Positions 11,961-25,610 of a stretch of DNA of 64,000 bases are shown here, piece after piece (the first letter of the stretch is position 1; each line of letters begins with the position of its first letter). The DNA is from Eledone cirrhosa (Eukaryota). The translations under genes and the position numbers were made by a program. The stretch is taken from positions 85,746,001-85,810,000 of the forward strand of contig OZ024741.1 of assembly GCA_964016885.1 (NCBI GenBank), read 5' to 3'. The notes beneath the pieces are model-generated. The model searched no databases, was not told the origin of the DNA, and worked only from the letters and a program-made list of their open reading frames with translations.

Positions 11961-14213
11961 CTAATGGATACGATTTAAACTACCAGAACTTTTAGGTCTA
12001 TAATAGAAGAAAGAATTAGAAATGGCATGGGGGCAGGAAGAAAATATCTCAGACTTTCTATTAAGCAAAACTTCCCTAGAGAAAATTATAGAGTGGGTCT
12101 CTAGGATACAGAGATTACAGAATTTAGTGTGTGTTGATAGGTTATTAGAGCGTGCTACTATACGCCAATTAAGGCTATATGGCATGCCTGCCCCTTTAAG
12201 ATCCCAGATATGGTGTGCTAAAGAAGTAGAGTTCTTAAACTTAACATGCTTAAAATTAGAGATATGAGAATTAAACCTAGTTTTAAAAGTATTAGATGTG
12301 GAGCCTATATATGTGCTATTAGAAGAATCAGTCTTAACTTCACAAGCATAAACAATGTTCCTAGAGAGTCAGTGACCATTTAAAGGGCAGTTAATACTTA
12401 CTCTACAGTTACACTTCCTGGTGCTATTTACCGGCTGAATAAGTGATGCATCACTTCTAGGGTTATTATAAGATAAGGTCTGCTCAGGTGGTAAGGCATT
12501 AATGGATCTATCAAGACTAGTAGTACGCAAAGAGGAGTATCTGTCCCTAATTTTCTTATTGTTAGTGCTAGCTAAATGAGAACTAATATTAGGGGTGGTA
12601 GAGAATTATTGTTTAATTACATTTTTATTAAAAATACCATGGTATTTATTAGTAGGAGGGAAGTTTTTCTCTAAGATGGAAAAGAAAGACCTAGGGATGT
12701 TAGTTAATACTTCATGATCATAAGGCGGGTTAAAATAAGTATTGAGTCTCCTCCTATTTCTATCCTTACGAACTCTACCGTTATCCAGTATCCCACTAAT
12801 AGGATCAGGGTTACTAAGAGGACTAGTTGAAACAACATTATTAGAAGCAGCCAAAACCCTATTGAGTCTCCTTCTGTTTCTACCTTTAGTATATCTACTG
12901 TTATCTGGAATCATATCAATAGGATTAGGGTTACTACCAGGATCAGTTGAAACAACACTATTAGAATTAGTAAAAACATTACCACTGCGTGAGCGATCAG
13001 AGTGCCTAACTTGTTCCCTAGAACTAATCCCGAAAAGTGTACCATTAGACTCACTATTACGATTACGGTAGCTTAACCTATAGATGGGTTCGGATACACC
13101 TATGGGATTTCTACGATTCTTATGCTTTCTAATCCCATTCATAGCCATATTATGGGAAATTACGTTATTATTATTATGGGTAAACGGAGACTTTCTAAGG
13201 TTGTTCTCATTATAACGTATTTTACCAGAGTTAGCTAGGGCATTATTATAGTACTCTGCATGTGAATTAAATATTCCTATATCCTTAGAGAGTGTGGAAA
13301 TTCTATTAGATACACCGTTAATTATAGAGCTAATCATAGATTTGGGGTGGTTAGAATTGGGATTAACATAAGAGAGTATCTCATTTCACTTATGGAAGGG
13401 TTTATAACTATTAGTGACTAAGTCCAAAGTCACATCTAAAAAGTTGACCGCTCTATCATTTCTATCAATCGTGATCGAAAGGTTAAAATTTTTAAAAAAT
13501 TTATAAAGTTTCTTCCTATTATGCTCAATGTTGTTGGTGCTAGAGTTTATCACAAACAATGCAACGTCACGATAAAGTTCGCCTTTAAGGTGCGGAAAGG
13601 TAACATACAGTTCATTTAGGAGGAACAGCCCAACAAGATCAGTTACCTGGGCCGAATCACTCGAACCCATTGTAAAGTCTAAATTGTTGGGTGTGTTTTT
13701 ACGCGTCCAAAGTGTATCCTCGAATTTGATGATAGTCCTACGGGCTGCTAGTATAACATCAATCTGCGGTCGTGTAAGGCTAGACACTCGCATGGCCATA
13801 ATTAAGGCTTTATTAAGGAGGATAGGTGAAATCGACGTGTAATAGGCATCAATATCAAACTGGATAAACCTACTAGACTCAAGTTTATTAATACCAGAGA
13901 ACCAATCTATAACATCCTTAGTGTTCCCCCATAGATTAAAATGAACCTTTTCCCTAACGGCTGGTATAATCAGATCAAGGATTTTCTTACTAATAATAGC
14001 TATATCAGACTTAGAAGGACTAATGAGTCTAACAGAAGGATTACTAATGAAGTCTACCTTATGATCCTTAAGAGTGAATCTCGGTTCCCTAGGGTAATAT
14101 GGCTGGGTATACTTATCAAGGCCCAGGTCCGAAACCATCTTGAGACCCTCATTATTGATATGATCAAAATTATCTTGCGTTGTCTTTTTGTAATTTTTAT
14201 GCAGCTCCTTATT

Positions 14214-14216
<3 letters not shown>
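11961..14216 (-). pseudogene. PLE RT-GIY-YIG ORF broken by frameshifts/stops
   Basis: ORF pieces 13386-14216, 12606-13337 and 11961-12420; the catalytic YRDD has changed to YRDV. Confidence 0.85.
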
Positions 14217-14289
<73 letters not shown>

Positions 14290-14302
<13 letters not shown>

Positions 14303-15249
14303 GGAGTTTGTTTGTACGTTGACCGCTAACACTAAATAAAATTGGTAATAAAGTTTTTCGTTTATTTTCAACTAATCTGACCTCCGGCGTGCTCGCAATC
14401 CCTTGACACTGAAGGATGTTGTGATTCTTCATCATTTTGTACTGTTGTGGAAAGCAATGAAAACTTAATCAGGTGTTCTCATTTTCGAAATTTACCATTC
14501 CAAAACATCACAATGAATGCCATCAACATAAATCTCTCACAGACCTATAAATCTATTTACAATGTTATCGACGAGGACAACACTGTTCATTATCCAATTT
14601 AATTTCTCAACAGTCTAGAACTATCAGGTATACTGCCACATAATCTTGAATTGAAGAAGGGCGCAGTTATCGTGCTTCTCAGAAAGCTGAAGCAGCCAAA
14701 ATCGTGCAATGGGCCGCGTATGGTTGTGACTGAACAACAGCCTCGCATTATCGAAGCCAAAATTCTCACTGAATGTGGTAAGGGAGATGAGATCGTATTT
14801 ATATCTAGAAAATCACTAATACCAACAAATGTCCCCTTTCGTTTCAAACGATTGTAATTCCTTCTAAGAGTCAGTTACGCAAGTCCGAGATGAAACACTG
14901 CAGGTTGTCGGTCATCATCTAGAAGAGGGCTGTTTCTTACATGGTCAATTGTATGCAGGTTGTTCCAGAGTAAGACACCCCAACAAACTTTTCATACATG
15001 CTCGAAAGAAAAATTGTTAAACATTGTTCTGTATGTTTTTTTTTTTTGTTTTTTCGCAGAATACATTTTTTGTTATCTTTATTACTTTCTGTATTTAGAT
15101 GTTCTAAATAATTTTTTTAAATTATGTTACGCAATATTTAAATACCTTTTGATATCTTTTATTTTAAGGAAATTCGGCATTACGATAGGTGCCTTATAAA
15201 TAGATTTGAGCACAGTACAGACCGGGGCGAAGACCGGGGGGGCCGCTAG
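14290..15249 (+). mobile_element. Non-autonomous Helitron with PIF1-helicase C-terminal remnant
   Basis: FLNSLELSGILPHNLELKKGAVIVLLRKL..CNG..IEAKILT..FRFKRL..HGQLYAGCSRV; 3' hairpin ccgg-ggcgaaga-ccgg followed by CTAG|T at 15246-15250. Confidence 0.85.
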
Positions 15250-15252
15250 TTA

Positions 15253-15735
15253 ATAATTGTTTCTACTTTTGGCACAAGGCCAGCAATTACCCAGTACATT
15301 ACTGGTACTTTATTTTATCGACCCCGTAAGGATGAAAGCAAAGTTAACTTCGGCGGGATTTGAACTCAGACCGTAAAGAGACGTAACTATTCTGGAAAGC
15401 ATGGCGTCCGACTCTCTACCGATACTGCCAATCCACCGCCGCTAGTTAATAATAAGAGCGTTTAAATCCTGCCGAGGTGAACTTTGCCTTTCATCAATCT
15501 GGGATCGATAAAATAAAATACCAGTTCAGTTAAATCATTATTAAGGGCATTGGATGTTGGATTGGCAAAATACAGCTTTCCGGCATTTACTTATAGCCCT
15601 TCAACTTGATCCACTTTGCCTTTCATCTTTCGGAAGTGAATAAAATAAAGTACCAGTTAAGTACTGGAATCGATATAATCGACTTTACGTTCCCGCCAAA
15701 GATTACTGGCCCTTTGCCTAAAATTAGAAGCAATT
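15253..15735. mobile_element. Cluster of tRNA-derived SINE copies (abundant family)
   Basis: Recurrent ctttgcctttcatc..gtcgataaaataaagtaccagt and a B-box-like tctgagttcaaatccc; one minus copy and two partial plus copies. Confidence 0.75.
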
Positions 15736-16284
15736 CTATGAGGGAGGTGGAGGGACTGAGTCCTTATTACGTCGGACAAATTCTTAGTAACATTTTGTTC
15801 AGGATTTATTAATAAGAACAGTTATTAATATGTGGGACAAAATGTGTTGCGAGATTTGTTCCGGCTCAGCACACAGCTATGCCTGCGTCCAGTTGTTAAA
15901 TGGAATATAATACGCTTGGCATCGTTATAAAACAAAAAAGACGAAGCGCTGTTGCAGGCAGTGACTATTTAAGATATCTCGGTCGACATAGGATTTTCAA
16001 AACATTATTTTCAATGACTGACCTATTTTCTTAAATAAAACCCCAAAATACCTACTTAAGAGTTTTATTTCTGCCTTGCATATCTCCGTTCATTTGATAC
16101 CAAGTATTTTGTTGCGCCCTATTAATTTTTCCTTCCTACGAGCGACATTAAGTTCAAGAATGCGTGTGTTTATATGTGCGTGTGTCAGCGAGGTACATGC
16201 AATTTATGCTTTTTTTGTACCATATAAAACTGTGAGTTAATATATCATGCTAATTTTGTATATTATCCACGCTTGTTTATGTGT

Positions 16285-16925
16285 GTGTCAGAGTCTCAGT
16301 GTGTATTCCGCCCCAACAGAGCGACTATAGACATGATCTGTGCAAGACAGATACAAGAGAAGAGAAGAGAACAAGAAAGACCCTTTTATATCATTTTTTA
16401 TGATCTCAAAAAAGTATTCAACAGTATGTCTAGGGATACCATGTGGCAGATACTGGAAAGGTTTGGACGTTCACCAACAATGGTGGGCATGGTGGTGCAC
16501 AACAACCACCTAAACCTTCCCGATCACATGTGGTTTCAAACAGGGCTGTGTCTTGGCACCTACCCTTTTCTCCATCTATTTAGCAGCCATGATGTTTGAA
16601 GTCCCTGTCAGCCCTGGAGTAGATCTACACTGGTGACTTGATGGGCAGAACATGTCACACGCATGAATGAATGCAGGCTACCCAAGAAAGTTTTTACAGT
16701 GAACTCTCAATAGCTGCGACATAGACCACATGCGCAGGATAGAGATGCCATTGAGACAAAGAAATAGGACAGACTGAACAAAGCCCTGCAGCCCCACCCT
16801 CCCTCACATATCCAATGCCCAGACTGACCCCATCTCTTTCGTGCACGAATTGGCCTGGTAAGTCACCTACGGGTGCATAACTGAGGGAAACTAATCCTCT
16901 GTACTCTGACAAGAGTGAAGTCATT
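16285..16925 (+). mobile_element. RTE (BovB-like) LINE remnant with large internal deletions
   Basis: ESQCVFRPNRATIDMICARQIQEK..FYDLKKVF, GFKQGCVLAPTLFSIYL, HVTRMNECRLPKKVFYSEL, RIGLVSHLRVH. Confidence 0.8.
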
Positions 16926-16926
16926 A

Positions 16927-16960
<34 letters not shown>

Positions 16961-17185
16961 ATGTGTGTGCAGAAAGAGAGAAAAGGATATATGTGTGTGT
17001 GTGTTTATATGTATGTATATATGTGTGTGTGTATATATATATATATACTGTTTAATATTATTCGTCATTTTTAAAGTATCTTATTAATTAATAATTAATA
17101 TTCTCCGAATAAATTACACTTAGTAACGACAATTTTGTTATCAAGTGTTCTTCTGATGATCTAAATGTAGTTTTGTATGTATGAA

Positions 17186-17620
17186 GGCGCGTGGCTTATT
17201 TGTTAGAGGTGATCACCTCAAGATCGTACGGTCGTGATTTCCATTCTCGGCAGTGCATTGTGTCCTTGAACAAGACACTTTATTTTATGGTGCTCCAGTC
17301 CACTCATCTGGCAAAAATAAGTCATGCCTGTTATTCAAAAGAGCTGGTCTTGTCACATTGTGTCATGCTGGATCTCCATGAGAATTACGTGAAAGGTACA
17401 CGTGTCTGTGAAGTGCTCAGTCATTTTCACTATATTACAAGACAAATACCTCTCATTCAAAATCCAGCGTTGTCAAACACTGTGTCTGCGCTAAATATCC
17501 ATGAGAACTAGGTTAAGGGTCCAAGTATCTATGAAATATGCAGCCACTTCAACGTTAAATTCGCGAACGTTCCGTTGTTCGAACTGAAACATTCATCGTC
17601 GAGCCCGACGGAGGTCAGCA
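17186..17620 (+). mobile_element. tRNA-headed SINE (second family)
   Basis: The head ggcgcgtggctta..gttag..gtgtccttgaacaagacactttatttt recurs at 25040, 37007, 41398 and 50998. Confidence 0.7.
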
Positions 17621-17878
17621 ACTTTTGTATATTAAATCTCAATATGGAACCAGATCTTTCTTATCCGGCTTAGTTTTCTCGTAGTGCTATTTTCACTTTT
17701 TGCTCATTTAGTATATTCGTCGATTCATCAGATACAGATGATAATATATTAATTAATGTAACTATAATTATAGATTTTGATATTAATATATATATATATA
17801 TAATTGGTGTTGGATGCTTAAAGCGTCCGTATGCGGTAGGCCGTATGAGCACTCGATGCTCTCATAGAGCAGAGTATG

Positions 17879-17996
17879 ATATCACAGAAAAAAAGAGAAT
17901 CAGTGTTGCGACGAATGGAATTTATTGGACATATTACAACGATTGTAATATGTCCAATAAATTCAATTCGTCGCAACACTGATTCTCTTTTTTTCT

Positions 17997-18003
<7 letters not shown>
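17879..18003. repeat. Near-perfect palindrome abutting (TA)n
   Basis: atcacagaaaaaaagagaatcagtgttgcgacgaat...attcgtcgcaacactgattctctttttttctgtgat, centre ~17940. Confidence 0.9.
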
Positions 18004-18032
<29 letters not shown>

Positions 18033-19157
18033 TTCTATTCTTTTAATTTTACTGACTTCAGTTGTTAGACTGTGGCCATGCTGGGACACTTCTTTCGGGA
18101 GGTTTAATCGTTCATATCGACCCTAATACTTATAAATTTGGTCACCTGGATACGGATGTATGATGTAATATGTGAATCACACAGTGAGACTATGATACAA
18201 CATTGATGATATCTCCAAGTATTTGCATCTGTAGATGCAATATTTATATAAGAAAATATAGGAATCTCAAACGCAGAAAATAACTGTAACAAAGTCGATT
18301 GCTATAAATAATAGCTTAGAAAATCTGGCAAAATACACCTAGAGACTGAAAGAAAGTGTTCAGCCACCATTACGGAAAATCGAACCCTGTATTCCTCGAA
18401 TTCCGTCCGAGTGCTTTGCCATTAAAACTTAGAAAATCGGGTAAAATACCGCTAGTGATGGGAAAAATCACCCAGTGCGTTCTATATGTACCTACATACA
18501 TACATACATACACACACGTGTGTCAATGGGTGTGTTATTATGTAGGCATGTATGTATCATTTGGTGTGTCGTTATGCGCACACGTATGTGTATATATGTA
18601 TTTCTATATGTGTACGTGTGCGTATGTGTCTTTGCAGATATGTGTTTGTATATGCATACGTGTTTATGCGTATGTTTATGAGAATGTGAACCTACATGGA
18701 ACTATAGAGTGTTTGTTTGTCGCTTGTTCTGTTGAAATTAGTACAACGCAGCTTGTAAACCAACTTACGGGGATTCTAACAGAGGGTGTGTACCTTTAAC
18801 TAAGAACGTTACTATTTTGTTACAAATATTACAGTACAACTTTTTCATAGACATGTTTGGCATTCTTCCAGTGCTTTTCTTTATTTTCCTTTCCTTTTGT
18901 GATAACGGTCTCTTTTATTTTAAACACTCCAGTCGCTAACAATTACACTATTTGCGTGTATGTGTGTTTCGCTTTCTCTGAAATTTTAATTCATTAATAT
19001 TTTTTTTTCTTTGCGTGCGCTATTCAGTATGTCACCAGAACCTACATAGATTATTTAAATTCATGGCATTGACTCTCTTGAATTATTTCTCTTAGTCAAG
19101 TGTGTGTATGTATATGTAAGTATGCATGATATACACACACGCGCGTACACACATATA

Positions 19158-19199
<42 letters not shown>

Positions 19200-19442
19200 A
19201 TATAGAAATGGCTTCAACAGAACTAGAACTGTTTCATTTGGGAGAAATCATCAGGGCTTCCTGATGCATATGTATAACTTTTAAAATACATTTGACTTGC
19301 CATCAATGTTGACGTCCTCACTAGCTTTAAAAAAAAAGAACTGTAAAATGGCCGTATTTCCTATTGGAGTCGTGTGACGCCTTCCTGACACACAGCGCTC
19401 CTTGGACATTTTAAACCTGTTGAAATCCATCATTCTCTAGGT

Positions 19443-22400
19443 CACAGGTTCTCAACCCATTTAGGTCAAACGCCCCCTTTTGTCTCTCGAAATCACGAAA
19501 CGCCCCCCCCCCCTATTTTTCCATTTTTCAATATAATTACTGATTGTTATATCAGTAGATTACTAAAAAATTGATTAACAATATTCCAAAGATGTGTGTA
19601 TTATCTGATTATGTGTTGTATGTGGTCCTAGATGTGTGTATTATCTGATTATGTGTTGTATGTGGTCCTAGATGTGTGTATTATCTGATTATGTGTTGTA
19701 TGTGGTCCTAGATGTGTGTATTATCTGATTATGTGTTGTATGTGGTCCTAGATGTGTGTATTATCTGATTATGTGTTGTATGTGGTCCTAGATGTGTGTA
19801 TTATCTGATTATGTGTTGTATGTGCTCCTAGATGTGTGTATTATCTGATTATGTGTTGTATGTGGTCCTAGATGTGTGTATTATCTGATTATGTGTTGTA
19901 TGTGGTCCTAGATGTGTGTATTATCTGATTATGTGTTGTATGTGGTCCTAGATGTGTGTATTATCTGATTATGTGTTGTATGTGGTCCTAGATGTGTGTA
20001 TTATCTGATTATGTGTTGTATGTGGTCCTAGATGTGTGTATTATCTGATTATATGTTGTATGTGGTCCTAGATGTGTGTATTATCTGATTATGTGTTGTA
20101 TGTGGTCCTAGATGTGTGTATTATCTGATTATGTGTTGTATGTGGTCCTAGATGTGTGTATTATCTGATTATGTGTTGTATGTGGTCCTAGATGTGTGTA
20201 TTATCTGATTATGTGTTGTATGTGGTCCTAGATGTGTGTATTATCTGATTATGTGTTGTATGTGGTCCTAGATGTGTGTATTATCTGATTGTGTGTTGTA
20301 TGTGGTCCTAGATGTGTGTATTATCTGATTGTGTGTTGTATGTGGTCCTAGATGTGTGTATTATCTGATTGTGTGTTGTATGTGGTCCTAGATGTGTGTA
20401 TTATCTGATTATGTGTTGTATGTGGTCCTAGATGTGTGTATTATCTGATTGTGTGTTGTATGTGGTCCTAGATGTGTGTATTATCTGATTGTGTGTTGTA
20501 TGTGGTCCTAGATGTGTGTATTATCTGATTGTGTGTTGTATGTGGTCCTAGATGTGTGTTTTATCTGATTGTGTGTTGTATGTGGTCCTAGATGTGTGTA
20601 TTATCTGATTGTGTGTTGTATGTGGTCCTAGATGTGTGTATTATCTGATTGTGTGTTGTATGTGGTCCTAGATGTGTGTATTATCTGATTGTGTGTTGTA
20701 TGTGGTCCTAGATGTGTGTATTATCTGATTGTGTGTTGTATGTGGTCCTAGATGTGTGTATTATCTGATTATGTGTTGTATGTGGTCCTAGATGTGTGTA
20801 TTATCTGATTATGTGTTGTATGTGGTCCTAGATGTGTGTATTATCTGATTATGTGTTGTATGTGGTCCTAGATGTGTGTATTATCTGATTATGTGTTGTA
20901 TGTGGTCCTAGATGTGTGTATTATCTGATTATGTGTTGTATGTGGTCCTAGATGTGTGTATTATCTGATTATGTGTTGTATGTGGTCCTAGATGTGTGTA
21001 TTATCTGATTATGTGTTGTATGTGCTCCTAGATGTGTGTATTATCTGATTATGTGTTGTATGTGCTCCTAGATGTGTGTATTATCTGATTATGTGTTGTA
21101 TGTGGTCCTAGATGTGTGTATTATCTGATTATGTGTTGTATGTGGTCCTAGATGTGTGTATTATCTGATTATGTGTTGTATGTGGTCCTAGATGTGTGTA
21201 TTTTCTGATTATGTGTTGATTGTGGTCCTAGATGTGTGTATTATCTGATTATGTGTTGTATGTGGTCCTAGATGTGTGTATTATCTGATTATGTGTTGTA
21301 TGTGGTCCTAGATGTGTGTATTATCTGATTATGTGTTGTATGTGGTCCTAGATGTGTGTATTATCTGATTATGTGTTGTATGTGGTCCTAGATGTGTGTA
21401 TTATCTGATTGTGTGTTGTATGTGGTCCTAGATGTGTGTATTATCTGATTATGTGTTGTATGTGGTCCTAGATGTGTGTATTATCTGATTATGTGTTGTA
21501 TGTGGTCCTAGATGTGTGTATTATCTGATTATGTGTTGTATGTGGTCCTAGATGTGTGTATTATCTGATTGTGTGTTGTATGTGGTCCTAGATGTGTGTA
21601 TTATCTGATTGTGTGTTGTATGTGGTCCTAGATGTGTGTATTATCTGATTGTGTGTTGTATGTGGTCCTAGATGTGTGTATTATCTGATTATGTGTTGTA
21701 TGTGGTCCTAGATGTGTGTATTATCTGATTGTGTGTTGTATGTGGTCCTAGATGTGTGTATTATCTGATTGTCTGTTGTATGTGGTCCTAGATGTGTGTA
21801 TTATCTGATTGTGTGTTGTATGTGGTCCTAGATGTGTGTATTATCTGATTGTGTGTTGTATGTGGTCCTAGATGTGTGTATTATCTGATTGTGTGTTGTA
21901 TGTGGTCCTAGATGTGTGTATTATCTGATTGTGTGTTGTATGTGGTCCTAGATGTGTGTATTATCTGATTGTGTGTTGTATGTGGTCCTAGATGTGTGTA
22001 TTATCTGATTGTGTGTTGTATGTGGTCCTAGATGTGTGTATTATCTGATTGTGTGTTGTACGTGGTCCTAGATGTGTGTATTATCTGATTATGTGTTGTA
22101 CGTGGTCCTAGATGTGTGTATTATCTGATTATGTGTTGTATGTGGTCCTAGATGTGTGTATTATCTGATTATGTGTTGTATGTGGTCCTAGATGTGTGTA
22201 TTATCTGATTATGTGTTGTATGTGGTCCTAGATGTGTGTATTATCTGATTATGTGTTGTATGTGGTCCTAGATGTGTGTATTATCTGATTATGTGTTGTA
22301 TGTGGTCCTAGATGTGTGTATTATCTGATTATGTGTTGTATGTGGTCCTAGATGTGTGTATTATCTGATTGTGTGTTGTATGTGGTCCTAGATGTGTGTA

Positions 22401-23472
22401 TTATCTGATTGTGTGTTGTATGTGGTCCTAGATGTGTGTATTATCTGATTGTGTGTTGTATGTGGTCCTAGATGTGTGTATTATCTGATTGTGTGTTGTA
22501 TGTGGTCCTAGATGTGTGTATTATCTGATTATGTGTTGTATGTGGTCCTAGATGTGTGTATTATCTGATTATGTGTTGTATGTGGTCCTAGATGTGTGTA
22601 TTATCTGATTGTGTGTTGTATGTGGTCCTAGATGTGTGTATTATCTGATTGTGTGTTGTATGTGGTCCTAGATGTGTGTATTATCTGATTATGTGTTGTA
22701 TGTGGTCCTAGATGTGTGTATTATCTGATTATGTGTTGTATGTGGTCCTAGATGTGTGTATTATCTGATTATGTGTTGTATGTGGTCCTAGATGTGTGTA
22801 TTATCTGATTATGTGTTGTATGTGGTCCTAGATGTGTGTATTATCTGATTATGTGTTGTATGTGGTCCTAGATGTGTGTATTATCTGATTATGTGTTGTA
22901 TGTGGTCCTAGATGTGTGTATTATCTGATTATGTGTTGTATGTGGTCCTAGATGTGTGTGCTACTCGCTTCTGTTTTTTATTTTTTATTTTTTTTATTTG
23001 TAATATTATTTATACAATAGGGAATAAAATAGAACTACATAGTGTTAACTCGTTGCGGTTGAGTCAATAATTTCAGACATGAAATACATTGTTATCGGTG
23101 AAGGAAAGATAAGATTCTAACTGGCTGCGCTCAAAGTGTCCTTGACCCAGTTGACTGTGGGTTTTTCCATTTTTAGGATCTCAATTACCGGTTAACGTCT
23201 CAATTACCGGACATGCCTGCACACCTGCTCACAGCTGCGGTCAGACTATAGTTATGCTGTCTGCAAGCTCATTCAAATGCATTCACACTGGCTGTCTCAA
23301 AGACATACAAATATGGCTTATAAAACTTACCAAAATAAAGAGCCTTCCAGCGCCCCCTAACCTCCCTCCCCCAGCTCCAAACGCCCCCCTAACGCGACCT
23401 TGCTCCCAAACGCCCCCCTGGAGTTCCGAAACGCCCCCCGGGGGTGCATATGCCCCCCGTTGAGAACCTTTG
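19443..23472 (-). mobile_element. Non-autonomous derivative of the hAT element at 6513-8916
   Basis: Same TIRs and terminal sequences in the opposite orientation; perfect 8-bp TSD ctctaggt (19435-19442 and 23473-23480); no transposase. Confidence 0.95.
19591..22950. repeat. 84 x 40-bp tandem minisatellite inside the hAT derivative
   Basis: Unit gatgtgtgtattatctgatt(a/g)tgtgttgtatgtggtccta in exact 40-bp phase over 3360 bp. Confidence 0.97.
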
Positions 23473-24152
23473 CTCTAGGTCATAACTCAGTCGGGGTTTA
23501 TTTTTTCAGATAAAGAGAGATAGAAGGAGAACCAGCCTCATTACTGAATTTGTACTTTATTTATCAGCCTCGATAGAATGAAAGACAAAGTTGACCTTAG
23601 GGTGGGGGGCTTAAACTCAGAGCGCAAGGATCCAGAACAAATACCGAACCCTTCATCAACTGTATTTCAAACTATCAATATGTCATTTTGTTTTCCAAAA
23701 TACATTAATATATGCATTTCTAAGCAGGAGAGTACAACGAGAATGATTGATAAACTGATGTTTATAGTTGTATATGTGTATAAACTAAATAATAAAGAAA
23801 AAAAACACACTTTGAGGCATAAATATATTAAAATAAATATATATATAAATATGTTTGCAGAAATCCGACGTGTCTCGGTGGTATATTTATTTTGATATAT
23901 TTATCCCTCAGAGTATATTTTTTTATTAAGTTTGTCTACATGATATATATATAAAGACATAAATTTACATAAATATATGTTATATATACCATCATCATCG
24001 CCGTTTAACGTACGCTTTCCCTACTAGCTATGGGTTGGGGACACACATATACAGTATATGTGTGGGTGTACACACGTAAACAAATGAATCTAAAATATAT
24101 TTAAAGTGTAAACGTCATATTTCTGTCATATAGATATTACGTGTGTGTGTGT

Positions 24153-24212
<60 letters not shown>

Positions 24213-25039
24213 AGGTTTGTTGACTTATTAGATTATGAATACTAACAAACTTTTATAGATTGGCTGAGGATTCATTACTAATCGGAGAATCAAATTTATT
24301 ATAGATCCTATATTGACTGGATCTTTGAATTTCACCTTATGTGGCTAAATAATTCAGCCACTGATATTTGGTATTGTAGGGATATCTATAGATGGGAACA
24401 TTTTCTTAAAGTAGTGATAGTTGTTAGAGGGTGAGTAAATGAATATGTGTTAATAGAATATTCGAAAGCGGGTTGTCATTTTAATTTCTCAATTGTCTGG
24501 AATGTTTACTGCCTTAGAAACTCTGTTCACTCTTATCGTCCTACAACGATTTCGCAGAAAATCTCTAATAACAAGTTTGTTGGTTCCAATCTTTACAGTA
24601 GCTTTACTTGTGGGGAGTTCTTTGTAAAAACTTGTAGGATTTGACGAAAGACTTTCCTATTTGACATAACGCAGTCAGTTATGGTAAAAATATAATGTTG
24701 CATGTGTATGGTTGTTAACAGATTCATAACATCCTTCAATTAGTTAAAAGTAAATGTTTAAACACGGCTTTGTTAATTCCAATGTTTATTGCATATTTAC
24801 TTCTGGACCGATTGTTGTGAAAATTTATAGTATTGGACAAAAAGCTACTATTTAATATGATGTTGTTAATTATGCTTACAAAAATGTTACCCTTGCATGT
24901 TTTCAATGTATTACATTATACTTAGTTATCCCTCTTACATTAGAGAATGTTTTGCTACTGTATTTTCCTGCTATGTAGGCCATTAAGAGTTAAATCAGTA
25001 AGGTGTGGTGTTATACAGGGTGGTGTGTTAGGCCTGTTA

Positions 25040-25340
25040 AGGCACATCGCTTAGTGTTTAGGATATTCAGCTCACGATCGTTAGATCGTGAATTCAATTC
25101 CTGGGCAGGGCAGCGCGTTGTGTCCTTGGGCAAGACGCTTTTATTTCATGTTACCCAAGTACACTCAGATGCCAAAATTAAGTTGTACCTGCAATTCAAG
25201 GGTAATCCATGCCACGCTGAATCTCGTTGAGAGCAGTGTTAAGAGTGCCTGTATCTGTGAAATTACACGGTTATTTCACGGGCAGTTCCGTTGATTGGGT
25301 CAACTGGAGAACCCGTCCTCGGTTACGACGGAGGTCGAAC
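25040..25340 (+). mobile_element. tRNA-headed SINE (second family)
   Basis: cgcttagtgtttagg..gcgttgtgtccttgggcaagacgcttttatttcatgtt. Confidence 0.65.
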
Positions 25341-25382
25341 CCACACACACACACACACATATATATATATAATGTATGTATG

Positions 25383-25425
<43 letters not shown>

Positions 25426-25578
25426 GGGGGAGAGAGAGAGAGAATCTGCGGTGCTGTGACCGAGGAGACCACTAATCATGTGAGTACTAGATACATAGGG
25501 AGATGTAAAGTGAGTATAGAGATATGTAAAATCCCAACCGCGGCACCAAGCAGTTTCGGCTTTTACATATTTCTCTCG

Positions 25579-25610
<32 letters not shown>

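Larger units (their letters stand above)
10240..14216 (-). mobile_element. Penelope-like element (Hydra-clade-like), 5' truncated, decayed
   Basis: RT motifs (FIQFDIDAYY, MGSSDSAQVTDLVGL, LYRDV, VNFLDVTLDL), a CNC-x5-CP linker, GIY-YIG (IVYAC...TYIGST...FKTRFNSH...CNLC..E...LLNRKSE..CPH), a long 3' UTR, a terminal HHR and AATAAA. Both ends sit in (TA)n. Confidence 0.88.

Noticed and set aside
13386-14435. 349-aa ORF as a single protein
   Set aside because: It is a chance fusion of Helitron antisense sequence, (TA)n and the PLE RT.
19215-19260. Minus-strand CTGATGA..GAAAC motif (similar weak cases at ~17730 and ~40000)
   Set aside because: Stem I pairing is absent, so these were not counted as ribozymes.
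19591-22950. 40-bp array as a CRISPR
   Set aside because: There are no unique spacers and no cas genes; the context is eukaryotic and the unit derives from hAT subterminal repeats.
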